A stretch of 64,000 bases of DNA from a virus (taxonomy: Duplodnaviria > Caudoviricetes): IMG/VR virus record IMGVR_UViG_3300037308_000440, positions 1 to 64,000 of that record. One strand, written 5' to 3'. The notes under the pieces were generated by a model, which saw only the letters and a list, made by a program, of their open reading frames with translations, was not told where the DNA came from and did not search any database. The translations under genes and the position numbers were made by a program. The stretch's first letter is position 1. Each line of letters begins with the position of its first letter. Positions 27,997 to 38,038 of the stretch are shown here, piece after piece.

Positions 27997-28521
27997 ATGA
28001 AAAACAAAGCTTTACTTTTTATCGTTCTTATTTTTGCTCTCGTTTCCTTCTCGGGTTGCGCCTCAATGGAGAAGGCCATGACCAAACCTGCTATTGCCGG
28101 CAGCGACGTCATTGCTACTGCTCCTTGTTATGAAGCTGCTCCAGTCGCTAAGGCTGCTCCTGCTCCTGCTCCCGCTGTCGCAAAACCAGTCCTGAAGGAG
28201 ACCATCATTTATTTCGATTTCGACAAATACGCTCTGAAGGATATGAAGCCTGCTGAAGTCGCCAAAATGAAAGACCTGGTTGCTTTCTTGAAGGCCAATC
28301 CTGGAGTGGAAGTTCGCCTCAATGGGCATACCGATTGGCACGGCTCCGATGCTTACAATTTGAAACTCGGTGAGCGCAGAGCCAACACGGTCAAGGCCTA
28401 TTTGGTCGACAATGGCATCGACGCCAAGAAGATTTCGACTCTTTCCAAGGGCGAATCTGAATTGGTTTCAAAAACCGACGCCAAACTCGACAGACGCGTG
28501 GTTGTGATCCAGATCAAGTAG
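27997..28521 (+). CDS. OmpA/Pal-family lipoprotein
   Basis: Lipobox FSGC, Pro/Ala linker, IYFDFDK, GHTDWHGSDAYNLKLGERRA..V, RRV. Confidence 0.9.
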   Translation: MKNKALLFIVLIFALVSFSGCASMEKAMTKPAIAGSDVIATAPCYEAAPVAKAAPAPAPAVAKPVLKETIIYFDFDKYALKDMKPAEVAKMKDLVAFLKANPGVEVRLNGHTDWHGSDAYNLKLGERRANTVKAYLVDNGIDAKKISTLSKGESELVSKTDAKLDRRVVVIQIK

Positions 28522-28551
28522 TTCACTCTCGGAATGGCTTTCTGAGGTGTG

Positions 28552-28588
28552 AATGGGAAGGAGTCATTAGATTCCTTCCCATTTTTTT
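28552..28588 (+). terminator. Intrinsic terminator after the OmpA-like gene
   Basis: AATGGGAAGGA/TCCTTCCCATT stem plus T7. Confidence 0.8.
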
Positions 28589-28703
28589 AGTTCAAAACTA
28601 GTTTTTTATTAACTATATTATCTATATATTAACCTATATTCATTCAGAACAAAATAATGAACTGACAATAAGTCAGTAATATTTAATAGAGCAAGGAGGT
28701 ATA

Positions 28704-29048
28704 ATGAGGATTGTATTAAAATTTAAACCATCTGAAGCAGTAGATGTAGTAAGTTACAAACTTTATGCATCACCATCAGAAAATGAAGAAATGCTAGATA
28801 AAGAAACAGCAGAATTTAATGTAAATTTAGGGAAACCAGAAGTAGATTCAGAAGGTTTCATGAATGTTGCTTTGAATGATATTCCAGAAGTTAATGATTT
28901 TGAAGGAGAATATGATTTTGGTATTACAGCAATTGACGAAGCAGGAAATGAATCTCCATTGTTAGCAGAAGGATTTCAAAATGTAAACGTGGATTTTATT
29001 GCTCCGGACCCTCCTACTGCTGGATCAGTTTTGTATTTAAACGACTGA
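28704..29048 (+). CDS. Fibronectin type III-like beta-sandwich protein
   Basis: VVSYKLY..YDFGITAIDEAGNES..APDPP. Confidence 0.6.
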   Translation: MRIVLKFKPSEAVDVVSYKLYASPSENEEMLDKETAEFNVNLGKPEVDSEGFMNVALNDIPEVNDFEGEYDFGITAIDEAGNESPLLAEGFQNVNVDFIAPDPPTAGSVLYLND

Positions 29049-29102
29049 TCCAGAATATAATTTTAGCAGTAAAAGAAATTTTTAGATTTATTTTTTATTA
29101 AG

Positions 29103-29135
29103 AAAATGGGTGGAATGTAAAAGTTCCACCCATTT
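29103..29135 (+). terminator. Hairpin, probable terminator
   Basis: AAATGGGTGGAA/TTCCACCCATTT. Confidence 0.7.
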
Positions 29136-29255
29136 CCTTTTGGAGGGTTTATGCTTCAAATATTTTTTTCAACTTTATTATCTGAGATGTTAGTAGAAAT
29201 AATACGCATATTAATCAAAAAAGGAAAAGAAAGACAAATAAATTAATTAAAATTT

Positions 29256-29936
29256 ATGAAGCCTATTCTTTTCTTATCTGATATTCATCTAGGAAGTAAT
29301 CTTTTTGATTTAGAAGAAGGATTAATAGAACTATTAAAAAACAATTACGAAAAAATATATATTTTAGGAGATTTGATTGACACTTGGGAATGTGATATAG
29401 AAACTATTATCGAAAAGTATGAAAGGATTATAAATTTTATAAGAAGTAAAAAAAGAATTGAAATAATATGCGGGAATCATGACCCAGAATATGAAATAAT
29501 GAAAAAAATATTTCCTAATAATAAAATTTATGAAAAAGAACACACAGTTAAATTAAATGGATATAAGATAGCTTTAATCCATGGAGACAAATATGATTCC
29601 TTACTTGCTCCTTATTTATTTTTTTTAAATACTATTCTAAAACACTTATATTACTTTACTGATAAAAAACTACAAAAAAATTTAAAAAATTATATAAGAA
29701 ATTTTTATTATAATGCAAAATACCATCACTATACTTACAACATTATATCTAATATTGAAAGACATACAGTAAATCATTACAGAGAAAGTAACTATGACTG
29801 TTTAATAATGGGGCATACACATATGCCAAAAATTGTGAATACCCCATTTTTCAAATATATTAATTCTGGAAGTATTATTTATAAACCTTGCTTTGTTGAA
29901 TATTATAATGGTAACTTTATTTTAGTTAGAATATAA
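29256..29936 (+). CDS. Metallophosphoesterase, LpxH-like
   Basis: SDIHLG, LGDLID, GNHD, IHGD, MGHTH, INSGS. Confidence 0.8.
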   Translation: MKPILFLSDIHLGSNLFDLEEGLIELLKNNYEKIYILGDLIDTWECDIETIIEKYERIINFIRSKKRIEIICGNHDPEYEIMKKIFPNNKIYEKEHTVKLNGYKIALIHGDKYDSLLAPYLFFLNTILKHLYYFTDKKLQKNLKNYIRNFYYNAKYHHYTYNIISNIERHTVNHYRESNYDCLIMGHTHMPKIVNTPFFKYINSGSIIYKPCFVEYYNGNFILVRI

Positions 29937-30099
29937 AGATTAATGCAAGAACAACTACTACAATAACAACTCCTGTAACAATAACTGCTTTCTTATTTTT
30001 TTGAAAAAATGGAACTGCATCTTTAGCAGCTTTTTCATAATCATCTTTTAGCTGTTGTGCTTCTTTCTCTACTTTTGCTTTGATTTGTTCTTTATCCAT

Positions 30100-30546
30100 T
30101 TATTCTTCTCCTCTTCGTTTATTTATTTCAGTACTTGAATACGTTTTGATATATCCGCCAACTCCAAACATCATTTTAATGCCATACTTCAAACAAATAT
30201 CACGCTCAGGAATATCGTGTTCTGTTTTTCTGTCACCTCCGTTTGCAAAGATAAGATTACAGTCTTTATATTCCTCTCCAAGTTTCTCTATAGTTAAACA
30301 ACACGATGGATCTTCATCAACTGCAAACACTACCTTATCTACATATTTGATTGCCCCAACAACAGAATATCGTTCAATTTCTCCCATTATAATTTTACCT
30401 TTTTTCAATAACTGTTGTTTGTCATTATTTATAATTACAATAAGTTCATCCCCTAATTTTTTTGCTTCGTATAAATGATTAACATGCCCTGCATGAACTG
30501 GATTAAAATGGCCGCTAACAATCACTACAGTTTTTTTAGTATTCAT
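30100..30546 (-). CDS. HxGH cytidylyl/adenylyltransferase (RfaE-II/TagD-like)
   Basis: SGHFNPVHAGH, INND, FANGGDR, SST. Confidence 0.9.
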   Translation of the reverse strand: MNTKKTVVIVSGHFNPVHAGHVNHLYEAKKLGDELIVIINNDKQQLLKKGKIIMGEIERYSVVGAIKYVDKVVFAVDEDPSCCLTIEKLGEEYKDCNLIFANGGDRKTEHDIPERDICLKYGIKMMFGVGGYIKTYSSTEINKRRGEE

Positions 30547-30874
30547 TTTTCTTTTGAAATCCTTCTTGTATCATTACTTGAGAAAAATCTCTTCCGTCCG
30601 GCATAGTTATTTTAGATGAATATCTATTATAAGCACTTGGGTCTTTATAAGTTACAATAACTACATTTTTATCATTTAATAACTCAATAGCTCTGTTTTT
30701 AGCCGCCACAGCATGAAGAGCTTCGCCTTCTGAATTTGGCTTAAATATCTCAGGAGTATCTATATTCATCGCCCTCAAACGAATTCTAATCGTCATATTG
30801 AAGCCCAAATCAACAAGGGCATCCATAGTATCACCATCAATTACTTTTACAATTTTTGCGTTATAAGTGTACAT
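30536..30874 (-). CDS. Thermonuclease (SNase)-like protein
   Basis: VIDGDT..IRLRAMNIDTPE. Confidence 0.85.
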   Translation of the reverse strand: MYTYNAKIVKVIDGDTMDALVDLGFNMTIRIRLRAMNIDTPEIFKPNSEGEALHAVAAKNRAIELLNDKNVVIVTYKDPSAYNRYSSKITMPDGRDFSQVMIQEGFQKKNEY

Positions 30875-31535
30875 GACTCTCCTTTAAATACTTTTGGCAA
30901 TTCTTACATTGACAAGGATGATCAATTTGCCAAGTATCTGTACCACAAGGATTTCCTGTTATTTTACACCTTGAATAGTCTGGAATGGGTGGATTGCATA
31001 CTTCACACCCTCCAAGTGGCCTGCAATCTGAAATCTCATTACCACAAAACGGGCATTGACTTGGCATTACCATTTCTTTTGTTCCTTCCTTCTTTTTATT
31101 TCAGCAGACATTGATTGTCTAATAGCTGAAATACACGGATGTTTTATTAATCCAGTTCTAAATCCTGTTCCCGTTAAATAATTCATAACAACGCGAATCT
31201 TATCATTATCCGTTGTTGAAACTGAACCTAAATAACTTCTTAATTGACCACAGCACCATTCAGGTCTTTGTTTCCATTGACCTAAAAGACTTTTTCTAAC
31301 TGCTTGCCATGAGTCACTTCTAACTAATTTATTTTTTGGATTTGCATCTGACATATTTTACCTCAAATTTCCTCTTGGTATTACTACCTTCACATTATCA
31401 ATAATAACAAGAACATTTTTTGGCCCTTTTCCCTTTGCAACAAAATAAACAAAAGCTCTTTTTCCATGATATTGCATTTCATTCTGAACTGATTTTCTAT
31501 AATGAACTATAGCAATATCACCAAGCTTTAAATAT

Positions 31536-32114
31536 CTATTTGAGAAAGTCAACTCTTGAGAACCACCCTCTCGCAAATTTTTCTTGGTTAGGAGATTTAG
31601 TCATATATTCAAGATAATGATTTGCTTGTAAAATATTCAAAATTTTATAAAGAACTTTTTCATCCCCCATATTCATAATAATATCCAAAGCTCCTAAAGT
31701 CAATTTTCCAATCTTTCCATCATCAACTAGATCATCATATAATATAGAATTTTTATTCAAATAATTTAAGGCTCGTTGAAGGAACTTTGCAGCTCTAGTT
31801 ACACCCATATTAACACCAGTATCAAACATTTCATTAGCAATATTTTGACTAACAAAATTATCTAAAAGATTTACATCCCAAAAATTAACTTTATAGAAAT
31901 TTTTAACTGAATCTTGAAGTTCAGCATTATTTTTTAAATCTTCTTCAAAAGTATCGCTACCTTTTGATGCATCAATTATAGACCATCCAGACCAGTTTGG
32001 GTGATAATTCCTAGCTACTCCTTTGTACGTTTCTCCACCAACATCATCTGGGTCATTTGCATAACCACCTTCATGCCCCATTGTTTTCTGGTATGCTTGG
32101 TAAAAGTCCGCCAT
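31536..32114 (-). CDS. Glycoside hydrolase family 108 endolysin with PG-binding domain
   Basis: HEGGYANDPDDVGGET.KGV, FDTGVNMG, DGKIG..TL, FARGW. Confidence 0.9.
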   Translation of the reverse strand: MADFYQAYQKTMGHEGGYANDPDDVGGETYKGVARNYHPNWSGWSIIDASKGSDTFEEDLKNNAELQDSVKNFYKVNFWDVNLLDNFVSQNIANEMFDTGVNMGVTRAAKFLQRALNYLNKNSILYDDLVDDGKIGKLTLGALDIIMNMGDEKVLYKILNILQANHYLEYMTKSPNQEKFARGWFSRVDFLK

Positions 32115-32305
32115 TTTCTTCTTCCTCCTCTGTACTACCGGCCGCCTCATATTTTCTAAGAGCATTAGCTCTAACTAAATTATTTAATACTTCACCAAAA
32201 GGTTTTCCAATCATCCATTTATATAATGGACAAGTTTTATAAACTTTATCATCTCTTATTATAACACCACCACACCCATATTTAGTGTCCAAGAAATACA
32301 ATTGA

Positions 32306-32713
32306 TCAGACATCTACCCAACGCTTCCTTTCAAAATCCCAGTAGCATCTAAAAGAATCACTATCTGAATGAGTAGTAGATGCTTCTATAAAATCACAAC
32401 TATCTCCAACACTACAGAATCTATGTCTCATACCTGGTTTAACTCTAAAAGAATCTCCTTCTAATAAAGAGAATCTTCTAATTATTCCATCAATTTCCAT
32501 TTCAACTCTTAATTCACCCGAGACAATATAAAATGTTTCGTCTTTAGTTTTATGATAATGAAACTTTCCTTCCGAAGACCATTTTCCATCTTCACAATGT
32601 AAAAGTTTCATACAATATTTTTCATTATTTTCTAACCATTGTTCAAATCCCCAAGTTTTCATATAAATATTTGGGTGAGGATTTGTCTGTTTCACATCAC
32701 TTGAATCTATCAT
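32306..32713 (-). CDS. Cupin, sugar-isomerase-like
   Basis: KTWGFE.W, HYHKTKDETFY..SG, PGMRHRF, EAST. Confidence 0.8.
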   Translation of the reverse strand: MIDSSDVKQTNPHPNIYMKTWGFEQWLENNEKYCMKLLHCEDGKWSSEGKFHYHKTKDETFYIVSGELRVEMEIDGIIRRFSLLEGDSFRVKPGMRHRFCSVGDSCDFIEASTTHSDSDSFRCYWDFERKRWVDV

Positions 32714-33057
32714 GGGTATACCTCATTCTTTCTATCGTATAATTTTCTTATTTCAAAAAGTTGTTGTTTAATAAAATCATCAGGGTGTATAGACAAGTCA
32801 TCAATATATACGTCGCCACCAGGTTTAGAATGAAGTTCATGATAAGGAACTCCCCAATCATTCAATTGCTTAATAGTAAAATCTCTTCTATCAGTTTTTG
32901 AATACATTCCTCTAGCCGTATAAATAATAATTTTATTTCCTTCCTCTACTAAATGCCTAATAATATCAACCATCATTTTATATGGTTTTGCTAAATGATA
33001 ATCCCCATCAGTTGTCTTTGTACAAATTGTTCCATCTAAATCAAAAACATAAACCAT
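32710..33057 (-). CDS. HAD-superfamily phosphatase (capsule-locus type)
   Basis: FDLDGTI, YTARG, KP..DVYIDD. Confidence 0.85.
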   Translation of the reverse strand: MVYVFDLDGTICTKTTDGDYHLAKPYKMMVDIIRHLVEEGNKIIIYTARGMYSKTDRRDFTIKQLNDWGVPYHELHSKPGGDVYIDDLSIHPDDFIKQQLFEIRKLYDRKNEVYP

Positions 33058-33213
33058 TCTTATTTCCTTTCATAACTAGGTGATGTATATTCAAACACTT
33101 TCTGCTTATATTCTGGATGTTCGTCATGGTTACAACCTTGTTTAACACACCAGTCAGTTAATTTATTATTCAATTTCATTAAACCACAACGAAAACATAC
33201 TGGTTTGTAAAAT

Positions 33214-33429
33214 CTATTCTTTGGGTTCTCGAATTTGTGAGGTTCGAATTTCATTTATAGTATCACCATTATCATCAAGACGTTCAAAAGATTCTAAATC
33301 CCCACCATATCTAAAGTAATCATGACCGCCATCAACAAATATTGCACCACATTTACATGAAACAAAATCGTGTCTAAATTTTGATTCTATAATATCATTA
33401 CACTTTTTACATCTAGCTCTATTTTTCAT
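33214..33429 (-). CDS. Zinc-binding phage hypothetical protein
   Basis: CKKC..HDFVSCKCGAIFVDGG. Confidence 0.75.
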   Translation of the reverse strand: MKNRARCKKCNDIIESKFRHDFVSCKCGAIFVDGGHDYFRYGGDLESFERLDDNGDTINEIRTSQIREPKE

Positions 33430-34263
33430 TTTATCCTTTCAAAATCTTTTTGATGAATCCTATTACACTTTCCAAAATAAGAATAAGAGCAAATAATGGT
33501 AAAATTAAAATCAAAACAGATAATAAACTATCTACTATTCCCATTTAAATATGTGGTAAAGTATTGATAATTGCAAACAATTCTTGCTTGCATGATGCAT
33601 GAACCATAAAGTCCCCATAAAGACTTGAAATAAAACATTTATCAACATACCAAAGAATAGCAACTCCTTCTACACAACCTTTCTTAACTTGATCATAATG
33701 TTTCTTAATTTCATCACTCATAAATCCACAATAGTTTCTTGCACTTTGAATCTTTCCGTCAACGAAACCATTTTTAACAGCTTCTTCATGAATCTTATAA
33801 ACCACTTGATCTAGATCATTTAAATTTGCATCACAGATCAATGAAATAAAAAGAGGCCACCCTTCCATTTGATATTTTCTAACAATCAAAGGACTCCAAT
33901 TTTTATCAAGCAATCTTGTTGCTGTTGTGCTATCATCTCTAGTCATTCCATCATTCGCTTCATTGCCCATGTTTACACTTTCGTTCATTTCTGCTTCTCC
34001 TATGATTTTTCTACTCATTTCATTGACTCCTCTAAACGATTCCCATTTTGGCGGATATATTGGTGAATGAATACAAACACTACTTTTGTTTGCCATAAAA
34101 TTTTTTCATTTCCTGCAAAAACATTTCAACATCTCTTTCCTTATCTTTATTTATATAGAATTTTGTTCTATTTTCATCAAGTTTAATCCAAATTGCATCA
34201 GGGAATCTGCCCATAATATTTTGTTCTTCAAGATAACTTTCTGCCATAATTTCAATAACTTGT

Positions 34264-34923
34264 TTAACTTTCATTAGAACCTCCCATTTGTAGCCATGTT
34301 TCCAAATACATCTTATGAGACATTTGATAATAATGCCCATATTTTGCTACTCTAGTTCTTGGTCTATACATATCCAAAAAGTCAACTACATCAGCTTTAA
34401 ATTCTGTTTGATGACTTTCAGCTAATGCTTTAATAAACACTTCAGGATGTATAACTGCTGAACCCATACATACATAATGAAATGGTCTCCTAAAACGAGA
34501 TACTAATTCTTTATAACCAAAATATGAACATGTAGCTAAATCTCTCCAATTATGTTGATCGCCAAACATTTGCCAAAAATCACAAGCAAGACCAGTAAAT
34601 AATAAAACACTAATTCCTTTATTCTCACATAATCTAGTTATTGATCCTTCCGGAGCTGGATATTTAATTAACCATTCTAACACCATTCTACTTGCTGGCG
34701 CATTACATTGATAACTTTCCAATAAATCATCTAATGGATATGAAGTTCTCCCTCCACAATCATCCATTGTTAATTGAAAATCATGAAAGATAGACCCACC
34801 ATTATGAATCAACATTTCAACTTTATTTTGTTCTATAACTTTTCGTAATTCTTCTCTTGCAGTTTTTATTACTGCTCCACCAATTGCAAGAATTCTTTTA
34901 TCGAACTGGTAGGTGGTCTTCAT
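34264..34923 (-). CDS. Remote deoxyhypusine-synthase-like (DHS-like fold) protein
   Basis: IGGAVIK, HNGGSIFHDF, GSAVIHPEVFIKAL; shorter than true DHS. Confidence 0.45.
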   Translation of the reverse strand: MKTTYQFDKRILAIGGAVIKTAREELRKVIEQNKVEMLIHNGGSIFHDFQLTMDDCGGRTSYPLDDLLESYQCNAPASRMVLEWLIKYPAPEGSITRLCENKGISVLLFTGLACDFWQMFGDQHNWRDLATCSYFGYKELVSRFRRPFHYVCMGSAVIHPEVFIKALAESHQTEFKADVVDFLDMYRPRTRVAKYGHYYQMSHKMYLETWLQMGGSNES

Positions 34924-35398
34924 TATATAGTTTCTTTCTTATTTCTTTTATTGAATTTAGATCTTCGCTATTAACTAAATCCATAGAATGTGGTTGTCTA
35001 TCATCATCACCAAGTCCTTTAACTTGATAACAGAATAATGCAATAGCATTCCATGCTGCATGTGCTAAATGATGCAACCCACTTTCAGGATCATATTTTT
35101 CTCCACGCATCCATTTAAATATATGTCTCAACATTGGCCCAATAACTTTTCTCCACTGCATCCCTTTCCACCAATTATCTGGATCATATTTATGACATCC
35201 ATAAGTATAAACTAATACAATCTCATGTAATGCATAGGGAGGAATTAAATCATATCTTGGTTTGCCACTATCAAATCTAGCAGCTACTGCTTTACCAAGT
35301 TGTGATTCCTGTTCTTTATTTCTAGTAAAAATATTTACAGGAATAGGATCTGGTTGAGAAAGATCTATTAAATCTTCATCTTTTTCAAAGTTTGCCAT
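34898..35398 (-). CDS. dATP/dGTP diphosphohydrolase-like (DUF5664-like)
   Basis: FDSGKPRYDLIP, G..KY..DNW.KG, DPESGLHHLAHAAWN. Confidence 0.85.
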   Translation of the reverse strand: MANFEKDEDLIDLSQPDPIPVNIFTRNKEQESQLGKAVAARFDSGKPRYDLIPPYALHEIVLVYTYGCHKYDPDNWWKGMQWRKVIGPMLRHIFKWMRGEKYDPESGLHHLAHAAWNAIALFCYQVKGLGDDDRQPHSMDLVNSEDLNSIKEIRKKLYNEDHLPVR

Positions 35399-35411
35399 TA
35401 TTGTTTCCTTT

Positions 35412-36005
35412 CTATAGTTCTATTCCACAATATTCACAAACACCAACTTGGTCTTTGTGATCGCACAAATGAGAATATATTCTAAATTTCAAATCACTAT
35501 TTTGTAACAGATATCTGCCAGATACATCATAAAATTTGAATTCTGTAATAACAATTTCTTTAATACCTGCATTAATAATCTCAACCAAACAAGGAGTGCA
35601 TGGAACACCACAATCCATATAAAGAATACATCTTTTTGTTTTAATACCCATTCTAGCTGCATTAATCAATGCATTTCTTTCAGCATGACCTGCAACACAC
35701 CATTGAAGTCCTTGTCCTGATTTATAACCCATAACATATCTAGGACATCTTTTTTGATTATTTTTATCATCTGGATTAATATGTTTCGATTCCAAATAAG
35801 CTCTCATTTCTGGATCAATAACATATCTTTCTCCACAATGAGGAACTCCTCTAGGAGGGCCATTATATCCTTCACAAATAATTGTCTTATCTTTAACTAA
35901 TAAACAACCAATTTGTCTTGATAAGCAACTACTGTTCTTACCAACAGCAGAAGCAATATTAAAAAAATATTTATCCCATTTCAATAAAGATTCATTTTTA
36001 TTCAT
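35412..36005 (-). CDS. dCMP deaminase
   Basis: SSCLSRQIG, GYNGPPRG, HAERNA, PCTPC. Confidence 0.9.
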   Translation of the reverse strand: MNKNESLLKWDKYFFNIASAVGKNSSCLSRQIGCLLVKDKTIICEGYNGPPRGVPHCGERYVIDPEMRAYLESKHINPDDKNNQKRCPRYVMGYKSGQGLQWCVAGHAERNALINAARMGIKTKRCILYMDCGVPCTPCLVEIINAGIKEIVITEFKFYDVSGRYLLQNSDLKFRIYSHLCDHKDQVGVCEYCGIEL

Positions 36006-36343
36006 CTGTTATCACCACTCCCATGTATTTTTCCTTCTTTAAGACGCTTCAAAAGTTTTTGAAGATTGCCGATAGCCACATCATTAAGGTTAATATCAAA
36101 AAAGCTAGCATATCTAGTAAGATACCAAAGAACGTCCCCGAGCTCTTTTGTAATTTCTGTTTTGAAAACTTCGTCGGGAACTCCTTCATGATCTCTAAAT
36201 AATTTTTTAGTCTTCTCAAATACTTCACCCATCTCTCCAACTAAACCATACATATAATAATTGATGGGATGTCCAAGCAATCGTTGAGCATCCCCTGATC
36301 TATCTGTTACTGCAATTTTTTTCTGATATTCATTAAATGTCAT
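36002..36343 (-). CDS. MazG-like NTP pyrophosphohydrolase
   Basis: GLVGEMGEV.EK.KK, ELGDVLWY, GSGDNR. Confidence 0.9.
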   Translation of the reverse strand: MTFNEYQKKIAVTDRSGDAQRLLGHPINYYMYGLVGEMGEVFEKTKKLFRDHEGVPDEVFKTEITKELGDVLWYLTRYASFFDINLNDVAIGNLQKLLKRLKEGKIHGSGDNR

Positions 36344-36948
36344 AAAGAACCATAACCACTGAAAATTTCGTCAATTTCAACTTCAGCTTGTTTTAATAAA
36401 GTCATAATATTTTCTTTTGATAAACCACATAGAGGAGCTTCTAATTTAATTGGTTTTGGTCCATTAATTTGTAATACCTTATTAACACGACCAAACCATT
36501 CTTGTTTACAATCTGGAAATTCATTTAAGTAATCTGACCAGTCTGCTCCATGCCAAATAGTATCAATATCTAGATCTTCAGCAATAGAAGCTGCAATTGA
36601 AATAAACATTAGATTTCTAGAAGGAACATGCATTGTATGTACGCCTTCAAATCTTCCCTTGGCCCCGCTGCCGGTTAACCCACTAGTAATTCCCAAATTG
36701 TGCAACATTACAATACGATAAGGAAGGCATTGTTTCTTTATATATCTTTGTGCATACTCTAATTCTTCTCTATGTAACTGTTGATAATCAATTAAAACAA
36801 ATAAGGGGGTTTTTCCCATATCTCGTGCCAATAGATGCAATAGAACACTATCAGCACCACCACTAAATAAAATAACTAAATCTGGTTTTACACTAGTCAC
36901 TTCTTCATCACAACTACACTCTACACCACATTCACCACAAGGACTCAT
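36340..36948 (-). CDS. queC: QueC-like ATPase lacking the C-terminal Zn motif, with N-terminal CGEC..CSC
   Basis: LFSGGADS, HVPSRN, FPDC, APL..LSKENI; ends SGYGSL. Confidence 0.8.
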   Translation of the reverse strand: MSPCGECGVECSCDEEVTSVKPDLVILFSGGADSVLLHLLARDMGKTPLFVLIDYQQLHREELEYAQRYIKKQCLPYRIVMLHNLGITSGLTGSGAKGRFEGVHTMHVPSRNLMFISIAASIAEDLDIDTIWHGADWSDYLNEFPDCKQEWFGRVNKVLQINGPKPIKLEAPLCGLSKENIMTLLKQAEVEIDEIFSGYGSL

Positions 36949-37021
36949 TCTAAAAGTCTCCTTTCAAATTTATATTTTGTTCCAAATTTCAAGGTTAAAA
37001 TCTCATTTTTAAAATCATAGA

Positions 37022-37047
37022 TTCTATATATATTAATATCTGATAGA
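37022..37047 (+). promoter_or_regulatory. Motif B, putative phage promoter; identical copy at 62850-62875, partial at 43407-43420
   Basis: TTCTATATATATTAATATCTGATAGA upstream of each + strand island. Confidence 0.6.
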
Positions 37048-37087
37048 TGATAATTCGTGCTAATTTACTTACATATAAGGAGGATGC

Positions 37088-37387
37088 ATGCCCAAGCAGG
37101 CGAAGCGGCCTACCCGCCGCGAGAAGATCGAGAAAACTAAAGAAAATGTAGTTCAACTCAAACCGGTCGAACAGACCAAGCAGGAGGAAGTTCAAATGCC
37201 CGAAGTTAAAGAGAACACCGAAGCCCAGAAGACGGAGCCCGAGTCCAATCCCGGTTTCTTCAGCCGCCACAAATGGTTGGTGACAGGAACGGTGGCAACC
37301 CTCGCCATCATCGGCGGCATCGCATACGCCCTTCTGAGCGGCGACAGCGAATCCAGCGACAGCACCACCTCCGGCGACCAGGTGTAA
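37088..37387 (+). CDS. GC-rich tail-anchored membrane protein
   Basis: AAGGAGG RBS, charged N-terminus, single C-proximal TM. Confidence 0.75.
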   Translation: MPKQAKRPTRREKIEKTKENVVQLKPVEQTKQEEVQMPEVKENTEAQKTEPESNPGFFSRHKWLVTGTVATLAIIGGIAYALLSGDSESSDSTTSGDQV

Positions 37388-37407
37388 CATCCCTCAATCA
37401 CGAGGGG

Positions 37408-37440
37408 AAAATGGGAAGGTTTCAATCTTCCCATTTTTTT
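37408..37440 (+). terminator. Intrinsic terminator
   Basis: AAAATGGGAAG/CTTCCCATTTT plus T-run. Confidence 0.75.
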
Positions 37441-37456
37441 AGAAAGGTAAAACAAA

Positions 37457-37993
37457 ATGGGAATCGGTAAGGAATTTTGGAGCGAAAGTAATTCTAGAAT
37501 ACAAGAAAATAAATTAGAATTTATTGCTGAAAATTATGGGACTCTTATTAAAACATTCAGAGCTATCAAAAGACAAAATGAAGAAACTTATAATAAAAAA
37601 ATAGATGCCCACAATGAAATAATAAAATTAAGAGACGAACTTGATCAAATCCATCAAAAGAAGAAAAGATCAACAAAAAATGAAATATTACAGATTGAAT
37701 CACGAATAGAAGAATTAGAAAAAATAAGAGAGGAAGATGATATAGTTTTATTAGATGGAAGACCTCTCAGATATAATGAAGTTGTAGCATTGATTAACAA
37801 CAATAGATATCTACTATCAATTATTAATGAAGTTGATTTGAAAGTAAGATCTCCTCTAGGTAATATAGTCGAAACAGGTTTAGGTTTTATCTTTAAACCA
37901 ATTTCAAAAATTGCAGGATGGATTGGTTTAGAGAGCATAAAAGAGATTGCTAATGAATTACCAAAAGATATTGGTAACTTCATTAAAGAATAG
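37457..37993 (+). CDS. Coiled-coil hypothetical protein
   Basis: GAAAGG RBS; ORF track. Confidence 0.7.
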   Translation: MGIGKEFWSESNSRIQENKLEFIAENYGTLIKTFRAIKRQNEETYNKKIDAHNEIIKLRDELDQIHQKKKRSTKNEILQIESRIEELEKIREEDDIVLLDGRPLRYNEVVALINNNRYLLSIINEVDLKVRSPLGNIVETGLGFIFKPISKIAGWIGLESIKEIANELPKDIGNFIKE

Positions 37994-37997
37994 TATT

Positions 37998-38038
37998 AAA
38001 AAATAGGGAGCCTTCTTATCGGGCCACCCCTATTTTTT
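37998..38038. terminator. Bidirectional terminator between convergent genes
   Basis: AAAAATAGGG..CCCTATTTTTT. Confidence 0.65.
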
